A model generated the notes under the pieces. It was not told the DNA's origin, did no database searches, and saw only the letters and a list, made by a program, of their open reading frames with translations. Below are positions 49,051 through 58,964 of a stretch of DNA of 64,000 bases, piece after piece. Both the position numbers and the translations under genes were made by a program. Position 1 is the first letter of the stretch. The number at the start of each line of letters is the position of its first letter. This DNA is from Candidatus Hadarchaeales archaeon (lineage in GTDB: Archaea > Hadarchaeota > Hadarchaeia > Hadarchaeales > WYZ-LMO6), in assembly GCA_038736355.1 (NCBI GenBank), contig JAVYML010000003.1:214093-278092 (forward strand), given 5' to 3'.

Positions 49051-49694
49051 GACTGGTAAAAAACGTATATTGGTATCCCGAGAAGGGATTGGGGGATTGT
49101 AACGTTTATGTGGTGGAAGGAAACCCCACCATCCTCATAGATCCAGGCAATCCTAGGTATCTGGAGAGACGTTTGAAGGAAATGAGGGAAGATGGGCTGG
49201 AACCGGAGGAAATAGAAATAATTGTAAACACACACAGTCATCCCGACCATTGTGGTGCCAACCGTCCCCTTCAAGAACTTTCTGGAGCCAAAATCATGAT
49301 CCACAGGGAGGAAGAAGAACATCTCAAGTTCAGCATAGAATTCGGGAGATACTTCGGGATGGAAGTACCGAGGTTCGAAGTGGACTCTTACTTGGGAAAC
49401 AAAATAGGAGAGGAGGAAACAGAACTCTTGGTCCTCCATACACCCGGTCATTCTCCTGGAAGTGTGAGCCTATATCACCCCAAATTGAAACTCCTTCTTT
49501 GCGGGGACCTGGTGTTCGAAGGTGGGGTGGGAAGGACCGATTTTCCTGGTGGAAGTTCGAAAGAACTTGCAACTTCTATAGAAAAGGTTTCCGTTCTCAA
49601 CCTACAGTATCTTCTTCCTGGCCATGGAGGGATCCTGAAAGGTGAAGAAAGGATAAGGAGAAACTTCGAGTTCGTTAAGGAATACTTCCTTTAG
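49032..49694 (+). CDS. metallo-beta-lactamase fold hydrolase (glyoxalase II-like)
   Basis: NTHSHPDHCG and HTPGHSPGS motifs; 220 aa. Confidence 0.8.
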   Translation: MAGERLRLVKNVYWYPEKGLGDCNVYVVEGNPTILIDPGNPRYLERRLKEMREDGLEPEEIEIIVNTHSHPDHCGANRPLQELSGAKIMIHREEEEHLKFSIEFGRYFGMEVPRFEVDSYLGNKIGEEETELLVLHTPGHSPGSVSLYHPKLKLLLCGDLVFEGGVGRTDFPGGSSKELATSIEKVSVLNLQYLLPGHGGILKGEERIRRNFEFVKEYFL

Positions 49695-50851
49695 CCCAAG
49701 GTCTTCTTGTAAACTTCCAGCAGCTTGTCCGCGGATTTCTTCCAACTGAAATTCCTCACTTTCTCCCTTGCATTCTTCACCATCCTTTCCCTCTCAGAAG
49801 GCGAGTCCAATAGATAGTTGATTCCCCAAGCTATGGCCTCTGGCTGGGGTTGAACCTTTATTCCTTCCACCAGGTTTTCCATGTTTTCATCCAGTCCTCC
49901 CACACCCGCGGCCACCACAGGTTTTCCGGCGGCCCAAGCCTCGAGCAAGACGATGCCAAAGGGTTCGTTGCGACTGGGGATACAGACGATGTCACTGGCT
50001 CTGAGGATTTCGATATACTTCCTCAAGGGCAAGAATCCCAAGAACTTAACAACGTGTCCTACCCCGAGTTCCCTCGCCCTACGCTCCAGTTCCTCCCTCA
50101 TGCTTCCCGTACCAGTAAACACGAACCTCACCCTTTGCCCCTTCTCCAAAACTTTGGGGATGGCTTCTATCAAGAGATCGGGTCCCTTTTGGTACTCCAA
50201 GCGACCAGGAAAGAGTACTACAGGGTCCGAAGACAGACCATACTCCCTCTTTATCTCCTCCGGATTCACCTCTACTCCGAAATCCTCCGCATCTACGGCA
50301 TTGGGTACCACCTCCACTTTTTCTTCTGGAAGATGGTATAGCCAGCAAACCTCCCTTTTCATGTAATTGGAAACGGTGGTAACCATGTCCGCCAAATAAC
50401 CTCCATACCACTCCTTTCCTGAAATCTCCCTGAACTCCCACCAATCTCCAAACTTGTTTCCGTTCCTTCCGTATTCGGTGGAATGATAGGTAAAAACCAA
50501 GCGCCTCCCTTCCTGTTTCAGGAGATGTAAGGCTTCAACCACATGCCAGTCATGGCCGTGCACCAGGTCAAATCTCCCTTCCCTCCTTTCTACCCACTTC
50601 AGGGCGGACACCATCGCATGGGACATGTTCCTAGTGAGGGAAAAGAGATCAAAACCTGGATCGAACTTACACCTGTGGTAGTAAACCCCCTCCAGTCTCT
50701 CGTGCTCCTCTTGACCCTCCACCCATCTGGTAAAGAGGTGAACTTCATGGCCCCTCTTGGAAAGCTCGGCGGAAAGCTTGCTCACCACTACTCCCAATCC
50801 CCCTATCCAGATGGAATGCAGGGATTCCCAAGCAAGCATCGCCACCCTCAT
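49691..50851 (-). CDS. GT4-family glycosyltransferase (glycogen/trehalose synthase-like)
   Basis: N-terminal ...IGGLGVVVSKLSAELSKRGHEVHLFT, C-terminal EPFGIVLLEAWAAGKPVV; 386 aa. Confidence 0.8.
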   Translation of the reverse strand: MRVAMLAWESLHSIWIGGLGVVVSKLSAELSKRGHEVHLFTRWVEGQEEHERLEGVYYHRCKFDPGFDLFSLTRNMSHAMVSALKWVERREGRFDLVHGHDWHVVEALHLLKQEGRRLVFTYHSTEYGRNGNKFGDWWEFREISGKEWYGGYLADMVTTVSNYMKREVCWLYHLPEEKVEVVPNAVDAEDFGVEVNPEEIKREYGLSSDPVVLFPGRLEYQKGPDLLIEAIPKVLEKGQRVRFVFTGTGSMREELERRARELGVGHVVKFLGFLPLRKYIEILRASDIVCIPSRNEPFGIVLLEAWAAGKPVVAAGVGGLDENMENLVEGIKVQPQPEAIAWGINYLLDSPSERERMVKNAREKVRNFSWKKSADKLLEVYKKTLG

Positions 50852-50891
50852 CCATACTACCTCCTAAAGTCTTCGCTAAAATAGGCAAAGG

Positions 50892-52142
50892 TTAGGGAAG
50901 ATGGTTTTGCAACACTGCTTCGTATAGCTTGAGGGTGTTATCCGCTGCTTGATCGAAGGTAAACTTCTCCAGCACGCGCTTCCTAGCATTCTTGCCCAGT
51001 TCCTTCCTCAGCTTTTCATCCTTGAGGAGTTCTATCGTAAATTTGGCTACATCATAGGGATCATCGGGATTCACATGGCTCCCGCACCTTTCGGGACCCT
51101 GATGGATCACCTGTTCTCTAAAACCAGAAACCCCTTTAGCACCCACCACCACCGGCTTACCCATACTCATGGCTTCTGTGGCCACTATTCCAAAGGGCTC
51201 GTACTTGGAGGGGAAGACTGCCACGTCCGCAGCTGCATAGTGTAAAATTCTCTCCCTTTCATTCACGTACTGGAACTCCGTGATCACGCTCTTCTCCACC
51301 CCGAGTTGCCTTATCAGATCCCTCAGCATTTTCTCCTGCTCTCCTTTTCCTAAGATGACTAACTTGGCATTCGGCACCTCCGCTAGGATGAGGGGCATGG
51401 CCCTCACGAGCGTGTCTGCCCCCTTCACCCAGGACAACCTTCCTATGAAGAGGATCATGGGGTCTGTGCCCACCCCTAGCTTCTCCCTGAATTCAAGTAT
51501 TTCCTCCTCTTTTACCGTCGAGGGATCGTATTTTTTTTCGTCCACACCGTTGTAGATCACCCGAATTTTCCTCTCCTCGTATCCCAAGGAAATGAGATGA
51601 TCCCTCATGGCATAACTTACCGTCACTACCACTTCGGCCGTTCTTGCAGCCAACCTCTCCAGGTTCTTTATGGTGGGGGAACCATCGCCCACCCTTCCCT
51701 CTTCCACGGAATGAAGATGGAAAACGAAGGGTTTTTTCAGGTCCTTTTTACAGGTAATTCCGGCTATCCCAGAAATCCAATCATGGGCCACGATCAAGTC
51801 GAACTGTCTCTGATCGGCCCTCACCAACTGGTTGCAAACTTTAGTGGAAGAGAGGATGTTGTAAATGAAGGCATCGGCAAAGTATTGCTGGGCATGAAGG
51901 GGCCAATGCTTCACATCTTCCGGGACGATGAGAGGGAGGAGATCCGTTGCATCCACCGTCATAGGTCTATGGATCTCCACTCCTTCCTCCAGATCGGAAG
52001 TGGGTAAGTTTCCAGGATTCTTGGCAAAAACCGTTACGCTGTGCCCCCTCCTGGCAAAACGTCTAGTCATCTCATAGGCGTACGTACCCAAGCCCCCGAC
52101 GAAGAAAGGGGGATACTCAAAAGAGAAGTACAGGATCCTCAC
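50892..52142 (-). CDS. GT4-family glycosyltransferase (paralog of the preceding gene)
   Basis: FFVGGLGTYAYEMTRRFARRGHSVTVF, EPFGIVATEAMSMGKPVV; 416 aa. Confidence 0.8.
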   Translation of the reverse strand: MRILYFSFEYPPFFVGGLGTYAYEMTRRFARRGHSVTVFAKNPGNLPTSDLEEGVEIHRPMTVDATDLLPLIVPEDVKHWPLHAQQYFADAFIYNILSSTKVCNQLVRADQRQFDLIVAHDWISGIAGITCKKDLKKPFVFHLHSVEEGRVGDGSPTIKNLERLAARTAEVVVTVSYAMRDHLISLGYEERKIRVIYNGVDEKKYDPSTVKEEEILEFREKLGVGTDPMILFIGRLSWVKGADTLVRAMPLILAEVPNAKLVILGKGEQEKMLRDLIRQLGVEKSVITEFQYVNERERILHYAAADVAVFPSKYEPFGIVATEAMSMGKPVVVGAKGVSGFREQVIHQGPERCGSHVNPDDPYDVAKFTIELLKDEKLRKELGKNARKRVLEKFTFDQAADNTLKLYEAVLQNHLP

Positions 52143-52215
52143 CCTTCCACCGCTGATAACTTACTCTAAGGGGTATTAAGCGTTACTAAAATTAAAACAC
52201 GCCGCTTCATTTAAA

Positions 52216-52238
52216 TTTTAGGTGAGCCTAAATTTTAG
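52216..52238. promoter_or_regulatory. palindromic iron-box-like operator (AATTTTAGG-TGAG-CCTAAATTTT) immediately upstream of the DtxR-family gene, overlapping a TTTAAAT TATA-like element
   Basis: Inverted repeat TTTAGG/CCTAAA with 4-bp spacer and A/T-rich extensions; resembles the DtxR/IdeR consensus TWAGGTWAGSCTWACCTWA; ends 1 nt before the ATG at 52239. Confidence 0.5.
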
Positions 52239-52859
52239 ATGGTCACCGAGAGTTCCGAGGAATATCTGGAGGCCCTCTACCGCCTAAAGGAGAGGGGGGA
52301 GAAAACCACCACCACGAAAGTGGCAAAGGAGTTGGGGGTGGCTCCCTCCAGTGCAACCCTCATGCTCAAAAAACTAGCTAAGGAAGGATATTTGCAACAC
52401 CATCCCTACAGGGGGGTAATCCTCACCCAAAAAGGGGAAGAAACGGGAAGGGGCATCCTGAGAAAACACAGGATAATGGAGAGGTTCCTGAGCAGCCTGG
52501 GCCTTTCCCCCTCCAAGGCCCATGAAAAAGCCTGCGAACTCGAACATCATATACCCGAAGAGGTGGAGACCGCCATCCATCGAAAAATGGAGACGGAACG
52601 CCTCCTCCCCAAAGGGGTACCACCAGGTTCCCTCCCCCTCACGGGCTTACTGGAGGGACAGAAAGGGATAGTCTCCCATCTTTCTGGTGGAACTTCCGCC
52701 TGCCGTCGCCTGGCCGATATGGGCATTACTCCCGGAGTGGAAGTAGAGGTCCTGAAGTCCGCTCTCTTTCGCGGACCCTTGTTGGTGAAGGTAAGGGGAA
52801 CCACGTTGGCGGTGGGTAGGGGTTTGGCCTCGAGGGTCTTCGTAAAACCCCTCGGGTGA
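52239..52859 (+). CDS. DtxR/IdeR/MntR-family metal-dependent repressor with C-terminal FeoA-like (SH3-like) domain
   Basis: N-terminal wHTH (SEEYLEALYRLKERGEKTTTTKVAKELGVAPSSATLMLKKLAKEGYL), metal-binding and dimerisation region, C-terminal FeoA-type domain (GQKGIVSHL...VEVEVLKS...LLVKVRG); 206 aa. Confidence 0.85.
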   Translation: MVTESSEEYLEALYRLKERGEKTTTTKVAKELGVAPSSATLMLKKLAKEGYLQHHPYRGVILTQKGEETGRGILRKHRIMERFLSSLGLSPSKAHEKACELEHHIPEEVETAIHRKMETERLLPKGVPPGSLPLTGLLEGQKGIVSHLSGGTSACRRLADMGITPGVEVEVLKSALFRGPLLVKVRGTTLAVGRGLASRVFVKPLG

Positions 52860-52863
52860 AGGA

Positions 52864-54774
52864 ATGGAGAAGATCAGGATAGCCCTAGCCGGCAACGCCA
52901 ACGTTGGAAAGTCGGTGATTTTCAATTACTTCACCGGTCTCCACCAACACATTGGAAATTGGCCGGGGAAAACCGTGGAAAAGGCCGAAGGTACCCTATA
53001 CTTCAAAGGAAAGCTCATCGACATGATAGATTTACCGGGCATTTACTCCCTCACCACTTTTTCCCTGGAAGAGAGAATTTCCAGAGAATACATTGCCAAG
53101 GAAAAACCAGATGTCGTAATAAACGTGGTGGATGCTTCCGCCCTCGAGAGAAACCTCTTCTTCACCCTTCAGCTGTTGGAGCTTGAACCCAAGATAGTGA
53201 TAGCCCTTAACCAAATGGATGTGGCGGCGAGGAAAGGAATAAAGGTGGATCCCAGGCGGCTGGAAAGACAGCTGGGAGTCCCGGTGGTACCCACCGTGGC
53301 TGTGAGGGGAAAGGGGATGCATTCCCTCCTGGAAAAAGCCGTGGGGATGGCGGAAGGAAGGATCAAGCTCAAGCCCTTCAAGCCTTCCTATGGAAGGGAG
53401 ATCGAAAGGAGAATCCATCTCCTTCTCCCCCTCTTGGAAAAGGAGAATTTCGGTTACCCCCCACGATGGTTGGCCCTAAAACTTCTGGAAGGGGATGAAG
53501 AGATCAGAAAGCTGGTGGGTAGGATTTCTCCACGCGCGGTTGAAGTGGCGGAAAAGTATTCCAAGGAACTCGAAGAACTCTACGGGGAAGAGGCTTCAAC
53601 CCTTCTCACCTCCCTCAGATACAGTTTAGCCCACAGGATAGCCAGCAAGAGCCAGAAGATCTCTCCCAAACCCTTCCCAGCCGAAAGACTCGATGCACTC
53701 ACCACCCATCCCATCCTGGGCTATTTCTTTTTGATCGGGATTCTCCTCTCCCTTTTCCTCACGGTTTTTTGGGTAGGGAGCATGCTGGAAGGGGGCCTGG
53801 AAAGGATCGCCAGGCCGATGGTGAAATGGACCTCGGAGAGGTTTGGAAGCTTGGTCGGGGAGGGAGTGGTGGAGGGAATGGTGGCGGGCTTGACCATCGT
53901 CCTCCCCTTCGTGCTACCCTTCTACATCCTCCTTACCCTGCTCGAAGACTCTGGATACCTCGCCAGAGGTGCCTTCTTGATGGACGGTTTGATGCACAGG
54001 CTGGGAATACATGGAAAGGCCTTCATTCCCATCCTGTTGGGATATGGCTGCAACGTCCCGGCTTGCTTGGGATGCAGAATCATGGAAACGGAGAGGGAAA
54101 AACTGCTCTCCGTTTTCCTCTCCACCTTGGTGCCCTGTGCAGCCAGGACGGTGGTGATTCTTGGGCTGGTGGGAAAATTCGTGGGAATAGGCTGGGCCAT
54201 CGGGCTCTACCTGCTGGATCTGGCGGTGCTTTTCCTCTTGGGTAGGCTGGCCTTCAAGATCCTGCCCGGTGAGCCCATGGGACTGATCATGGAAATACCG
54301 CCCTACCGCAAACCCCATCTATCAACCGTACTCCGTCAGAGCTGGAACCGGACCAAGGATTTCATCTATGTGGCCTTTCCCTTCATCGTGGGGGGTAGTT
54401 TAATCCTAACGGCCCTGAGGATGGGTGGCCTCTTGAATCCCCTTTCGGATTTCCTAAAGCCACTCACGGTAGGCTGGTTGGGTCTTCCAGCAGTGGCAGG
54501 GGTAGCCCTCTTCTTCGGCATCCTGAGGAAGGAGCTCACCCTCATCATGCTCACCATGCTGCTCGGACAAGATCTCTCCCTCCATCTTACCCATGTCCAG
54601 ATGATCGTCTTCGCCACCGTGACCATGTTTTACTTCCCGTGTGTGGCTACCCTGGCGGCCCTAATCAGAGAGGCGGGATGGAGGAGAGCCCTGTACATTG
54701 CAACAGCGGAAATCCTCTTCGCGCTCTGGCTGGGGGGAATAATGTATAGGCTTCTCCTGCTAGGGGGTATTTAG
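52864..54774 (+). CDS. feoB: ferrous iron transporter FeoB (GTPase + membrane permease)
   Basis: G-domain [28 protein letters not shown]; C-terminal polytopic gate domains; 636 aa; 4-nt gap after the repressor gene. Confidence 0.9.
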   Translation: MEKIRIALAGNANVGKSVIFNYFTGLHQHIGNWPGKTVEKAEGTLYFKGKLIDMIDLPGIYSLTTFSLEERISREYIAKEKPDVVINVVDASALERNLFFTLQLLELEPKIVIALNQMDVAARKGIKVDPRRLERQLGVPVVPTVAVRGKGMHSLLEKAVGMAEGRIKLKPFKPSYGREIERRIHLLLPLLEKENFGYPPRWLALKLLEGDEEIRKLVGRISPRAVEVAEKYSKELEELYGEEASTLLTSLRYSLAHRIASKSQKISPKPFPAERLDALTTHPILGYFFLIGILLSLFLTVFWVGSMLEGGLERIARPMVKWTSERFGSLVGEGVVEGMVAGLTIVLPFVLPFYILLTLLEDSGYLARGAFLMDGLMHRLGIHGKAFIPILLGYGCNVPACLGCRIMETEREKLLSVFLSTLVPCAARTVVILGLVGKFVGIGWAIGLYLLDLAVLFLLGRLAFKILPGEPMGLIMEIPPYRKPHLSTVLRQSWNRTKDFIYVAFPFIVGGSLILTALRMGGLLNPLSDFLKPLTVGWLGLPAVAGVALFFGILRKELTLIMLTMLLGQDLSLHLTHVQMIVFATVTMFYFPCVATLAALIREAGWRRALYIATAEILFALWLGGIMYRLLLLGGI

Positions 54775-54823
54775 CTCTCCACCCTCGGATAAAGTTTAAA
54801 TACAACAGGAATTACGAAAAAGG

Positions 54824-55003
54824 ATGCCGCCCAAGATAGACACCGAAAAGTGCACTGGTTGCGGGGAATGCGTCAACGCCTGCCCCGTGAACGTGTTGGA
54901 AGTGAATAACAAGAAAGCCAAGGTAGCGAAACCCGAGGACTGCGTGGATTGCCGGGCTTGTGAGGCCGTCTGCACCACAGGCGCCATCACCTTCCCAGAA
55001 TGA
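54824..55003 (+). CDS. 2x[4Fe-4S] ferredoxin (59 aa), missed by the ORF track
   Basis: CTGCGECVNACP and CVDCRACEAVC cluster motifs. BRE/TATA-like AAAGTTTAAATA about 25 nt upstream of the ATG. Confidence 0.7.
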   Translation: MPPKIDTEKCTGCGECVNACPVNVLEVNNKKAKVAKPEDCVDCRACEAVCTTGAITFPE

Positions 55004-55005
55004 AG

Positions 55006-56052
55006 TCAGAGGGTCTCCAACGCTGACAAACTTGCCGAGCTAACGTAGAGAGCTTCCTCCCTCTCCAATCCTTCTTCTATCTTTTTCAGCACCTCGTCCT
55101 TCTCTCCAGGAAAGCGATAGCCCTCATAGCTCTGGTCAAAGATCCAACGGGGGCCGGCGGAAGTTAGATAAAAGGGATTGGCAAAGTGGTCAAAACAAAG
55201 TCTACCAGTAAACTCCAGCTCTTCCACCAGGAGTTTCAGTTCCCTTAACTCCCCATGGGGGGTTTGAAGCCTGAAGTCTCCTCTCCTCCATTCCTCGAAG
55301 AGGGGGGTACCCTTGAGGGGGACTAGTCTCCTTACCCTCACGAATTCGGGATTCACCTCGTTGAGAACCCTCGCCGTGTTCCTAGCGTGTTCTTTCCATC
55401 CGTCCTGTCCTCCCAATCCCAGGATGTAGTAGAGGGAAAGCTCCAGTCCAGCCTCTTTCGCCTTCCTCCCACCTTCCACCATTTCCTGGGGGGTCAATCC
55501 TTTGTTCATCCTCCTGAGCACCTCTTCATCCCCGCTCTCCAGTCCCACATGAAGCCTGGAGAGTCCCGCCTCCCTGAGGGTCCTCAACTCTTCCACCTTC
55601 TTCTTGAAGAGGGTTCTCCCCCTCGTGTAACAAGTGATCCTTTCCATCTCCCCCAACCTTTTCCTCACTTCCTCCAGGATTTCCACCAGCTTTGGGGTAG
55701 GCATGAATAGAACGTCTGCATCCTGGAGGAAAACCGTCCTACTCCCCGAGAAAAACCACATAAGGAAGTTGTGCAGACCATCTCCGTTCTCTAAAGAAAA
55801 CCCCTCCCATATCTTCCCCCTCTCCAGCATCTCCACCATTTTCTCCATGCTAAGTATTTCCTCCTTCACCTCCTCCACCGTCCTCAAAGAAAATTTCCCC
55901 CTGCCATAGGGTTTACCATAACAAAACTTGCAAAGGGACCAAGGACAATTCCTCACCACCCTCAAAAGGAGAGAACAACTTCCCCCTTCTGAAGGCGGAC
56001 GGATGGGGCCAAGCTCATGGCGAAAACCCTTGGGTTCTTTCCATTGCTTCAT
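55006..56052 (-). CDS. radical SAM protein with non-canonical CX4CX2C cluster motif (Elp3/MiaB-like GLESG core)
   Basis: RNCPWSLCKFCYG and LHVGLESGDEEVLRRMNKG. Start is assigned to the internal ATG overlapping the stop of the upstream HDAC-like gene. Confidence 0.7.
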   Translation of the reverse strand: MKQWKEPKGFRHELGPIRPPSEGGSCSLLLRVVRNCPWSLCKFCYGKPYGRGKFSLRTVEEVKEEILSMEKMVEMLERGKIWEGFSLENGDGLHNFLMWFFSGSRTVFLQDADVLFMPTPKLVEILEEVRKRLGEMERITCYTRGRTLFKKKVEELRTLREAGLSRLHVGLESGDEEVLRRMNKGLTPQEMVEGGRKAKEAGLELSLYYILGLGGQDGWKEHARNTARVLNEVNPEFVRVRRLVPLKGTPLFEEWRRGDFRLQTPHGELRELKLLVEELEFTGRLCFDHFANPFYLTSAGPRWIFDQSYEGYRFPGEKDEVLKKIEEGLEREEALYVSSASLSALETL

Positions 56053-56792
56053 TTGAAACCCTCCAGGAAAGCCCTGACGTTCTTCCCCAACACCGAATGG
56101 TTGTACCCTCCCTCCAGCACCCCGTACCTTTTTCCCCCGCACTTTTCTTCGGCCGCTTCCCTTATCATCCTACCGATTTCTCGGTAGTCTGAGGTGGTGA
56201 GGGTTCCGCCCCAATCTTCTTCATGATTGTCGAAGCCCGCGGAAACCCCTACCAAATCGTAATCCCTTTTGGCTAGAAAAGAGGCTATGCCGTGCAAAAT
56301 GTCTTCCCTACTTCCCTCAGCGTGATGGTAGAAGACCTTCTTGGAACCGGAAAAGATGGCGGCCGTACCGTCCCCATAATGAAGATCGAAGTCTACGATC
56401 ACGGCTTTTTCTATTTTGCCTGTCACCAGTAACTTTTGAAGGGAAAGGGCCAAGTTGTTGAAATAACAGAAACCCCAAAAACTGTTTGGTCCAGCATGAT
56501 GACCCGGAGGTCTGATGAGGGCAAAGGAGGGTTCACCCTGAAAAGCCAAAGCAGAGGCTTTCAAGGCCCCTCCGGCTGCCAAAAGGGCCAAGGAATAAAC
56601 TGAAGGTATGGCCTTCACCCTTTCAAGATGAGAGGGTGTGTGAACGAGGAGGATATCCTCCTCCCTAGCTCGCTCGGGCTCCAAGAACTCAAAGTCCTTC
56701 AGCTCTTTTAGAATGGCCTCCATCCTACCAGGGGCAGAGGCAGGATCGGAGGAATAAACTGTCTTGAAGTCTTCACTGTAGACAATTTTCAT
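56049..56792 (-). CDS. histone deacetylase / acetoin utilization (AcuC) / acetylpolyamine amidohydrolase family protein (short form)
   Basis: RPPGHHA, DFDLHYGDGT and LEGGY motifs. Start is set at the internal ATG (MKIVYSEDF); the track's N-terminal 94 aa are S/P-rich and antisense to the peptidase gene. Confidence 0.8.
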   Translation of the reverse strand: MKIVYSEDFKTVYSSDPASAPGRMEAILKELKDFEFLEPERAREEDILLVHTPSHLERVKAIPSVYSLALLAAGGALKASALAFQGEPSFALIRPPGHHAGPNSFWGFCYFNNLALSLQKLLVTGKIEKAVIVDFDLHYGDGTAAIFSGSKKVFYHHAEGSREDILHGIASFLAKRDYDLVGVSAGFDNHEEDWGGTLTTSDYREIGRMIREAAEEKCGGKRYGVLEGGYNHSVLGKNVRAFLEGFK

Positions 56793-56853
56793 TCCATATA
56801 ATTCATCGCCAAAAGGAAAAAGTTTTTTGAGGTTGTGGAAAAAAGAAAAAGAT

Positions 56854-57900
56854 ATGTCCGGAATAGGGGAGCTTTTGGAAAGACTGTCCAACGCCGTGGG
56901 TGTTTCGGGTAGGGAGGAAGAAGTGGCCGAACTCGTAAAAGCCGAGCTCCAACCCTTCGTGGATGAGATAAGGAGAGATACCATGGGTAACCTGATAGGG
57001 ATAAAAAGGGGCTCCGAACCTTCCTGCATGCTGGCCGCCCACATGGATGAAATAGGCCTGATGGTCAAACACATCGATGAAAGGGGGTTTATAAGGTTCG
57101 TCCCCTTGGGTGGTTGGTTCGATCAAAGCCTTCTCAACGAGAGGGTGGTCTTCAAAACGAAGAAAGGTCCCGTCTATGGTGTAATAGGGTCCAAACCCCC
57201 CCATCTGTTGGAAGAGGAGGAGAGGAAGAAACCCGTGAAGATAGAAAACATGTTCATAGACATAGGAGCCAAGAGTGAAGCGGAAGTGAAGGAGGCGGGT
57301 ATAAGGATAGGCTCCGTGGCCGCCTTAGACCGGCAAGTAAGGATTCTCCTCAACGGAAGGGTTACGGGCAAAGCCTTCGACAACAGGGCTGGACTGGCGG
57401 TGATGATCGAGGCCCTGAAGAACACCAAAACCACCTCCACAGTTTACGCCGTGGGGACCGTACAGGAGGAGGTGGGGCTGAAGGGAGCCAGGACCTCCGC
57501 TTTTGGTCTAGAACCAACCGTGGCCATAGCCCTAGATGTATCCCTGCCGGGAGATTATCCAGGAATGGAAAAAAAGGACTCCGCGTTGGAAATGGGCAAG
57601 GGACCCTCCATTACGGTTACAGACGCCAGCGGACGTGGAATCATCGTTTCGGAGAAGGTCCTCCACTGGCTTACAGAAACTGCTGAGAAATACGGAATTC
57701 CCTATCAGCTGGATGTGGCCAAGGGAGGAACCACCGATGCCACCGCCATTTCCCTCACGAAGGCTGGCATACCCACCGGTGTGATAAGTGTTCCTACCCG
57801 TTATCTCCACTCCGGGGTGGAAACTCTGGATCTCTCGGATCTCAAATACGCAAGTGAACTCGTGGCTAGAGCCTTGGAAACGGCCAAGGACTACTTTTAG
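56854..57900 (+). CDS. M42-family aminopeptidase (TET/FrvX-like)
   Basis: M42 fold with metal ligands (AAHMDEIG, AFDNRAG, EEVGLKGA, ...LHSGVE); about 348 aa from the ATG at 56854. Confidence 0.85.
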   Translation: MSGIGELLERLSNAVGVSGREEEVAELVKAELQPFVDEIRRDTMGNLIGIKRGSEPSCMLAAHMDEIGLMVKHIDERGFIRFVPLGGWFDQSLLNERVVFKTKKGPVYGVIGSKPPHLLEEEERKKPVKIENMFIDIGAKSEAEVKEAGIRIGSVAALDRQVRILLNGRVTGKAFDNRAGLAVMIEALKNTKTTSTVYAVGTVQEEVGLKGARTSAFGLEPTVAIALDVSLPGDYPGMEKKDSALEMGKGPSITVTDASGRGIIVSEKVLHWLTETAEKYGIPYQLDVAKGGTTDATAISLTKAGIPTGVISVPTRYLHSGVETLDLSDLKYASELVARALETAKDYF

Positions 57901-58445
57901 AGCTTGATCTTGACGTTGTCGGAAACTAAGCTGAGCTTAAGTTCCTCAGCCACAATATAGGTATTCCGCATCTGGACCAACCAAGTTAAGGGTGGGTACA
58001 TGTGCGAGTTGACCCTCTCACCCGTTTGGAGGCCCACCAATCCTCCCAGGAGGGGTATTCCCTGCTCTACGTAGGCTCCATTTATTATGATTTGGCTCAA
58101 GGGTAGCAAGTTCAAGACTAGGATATCCGTTTTCATGTACTTTGCTTTGAGATAGAAGTTCTCTGCATCAACCTCTTTCAATTCCATCCACATACCGTTC
58201 ACATATATCCTTACGTTTTCAAAGCGAATGGAAGGGGAAGTGATTACCGTAACATTTTCGTTTTCATAGCCTACCATATGGAGTTCGCTGTAAGTATAGG
58301 AATAGAGAGCCCAGATCTCGAAGGTTTTGGGGGAATTGCCTGAAAGGGGGAGAGCTAGGGAAAGAGAAAGCAAGAGCAATACACTTACCACTATCCCAAG
58401 CTTGAAAAAAGAGAAAGGCTGGCGTCTGTTTTTAGGACGTCTCAA
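57897..58445 (-). CDS. hypothetical secreted or membrane-anchored protein (N-terminal signal/TM, beta-rich)
   Basis: 182 aa; basic N-terminus + hydrophobic helix IVVSVLLLLSLSLALPL; no family recognised. Confidence 0.4.
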   Translation of the reverse strand: MRRPKNRRQPFSFFKLGIVVSVLLLLSLSLALPLSGNSPKTFEIWALYSYTYSELHMVGYENENVTVITSPSIRFENVRIYVNGMWMELKEVDAENFYLKAKYMKTDILVLNLLPLSQIIINGAYVEQGIPLLGGLVGLQTGERVNSHMYPPLTWLVQMRNTYIVAEELKLSLVSDNVKIKL

Positions 58446-58926
58446 GCCTCACCACCATGTTGCCGAGGTCTAGGGAGCCCACTACCATCTCCGTTACCCA
58501 AGCACTAACGTCATTCACCTTGATGGTGTCGGCAGTCACTGCGAAGCTCCTGCCACCATAGGGACCCACTCTCTGGTTGGTGGCCTTCATGCTTCCGGCT
58601 GAGAAGGTATCACACTTCATCAGTACTCCTGTCGAAACAGCCTGTGGACTTTCTATAATAGCTCTGATCTTCAAGCCGCCCAGGCTCATCTCCTTTACTA
58701 TTTGGAGATTGGAGATCGTGGCACTACCCAATTCCTGGAAGATCTTTCCTCCATAGTTGTCCATAGTGCCCACGTACATGTTGAGATTGCTCCCGTCGAT
58801 ACTGCCTGCTTTGAGTTCAAAGTCGTCCATGGGCAAAGCCAAACCCACTCCAGTCACCGCAGAGAAAACTACGACGCCCACCACAGACGCCAGCCCAGCC
58901 GCCGCCATTTTCCCGAACCCTTCCAT
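58432..58926 (-). CDS. hypothetical secreted protein (signal peptide, beta-rich)
   Basis: 164 aa; MAAAGLASVVGVVVFSAVTGVGLA signal-like N-terminus; overlaps the downstream gene by 14 nt. Confidence 0.4.
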   Translation of the reverse strand: MEGFGKMAAAGLASVVGVVVFSAVTGVGLALPMDDFELKAGSIDGSNLNMYVGTMDNYGGKIFQELGSATISNLQIVKEMSLGGLKIRAIIESPQAVSTGVLMKCDTFSAGSMKATNQRVGPYGGRSFAVTADTIKVNDVSAWVTEMVVGSLDLGNMVVRLETS

Positions 58927-58964
58927 TTCTCTTCCCTCCTTTTCATTTTGTCATAGGAATTTTC

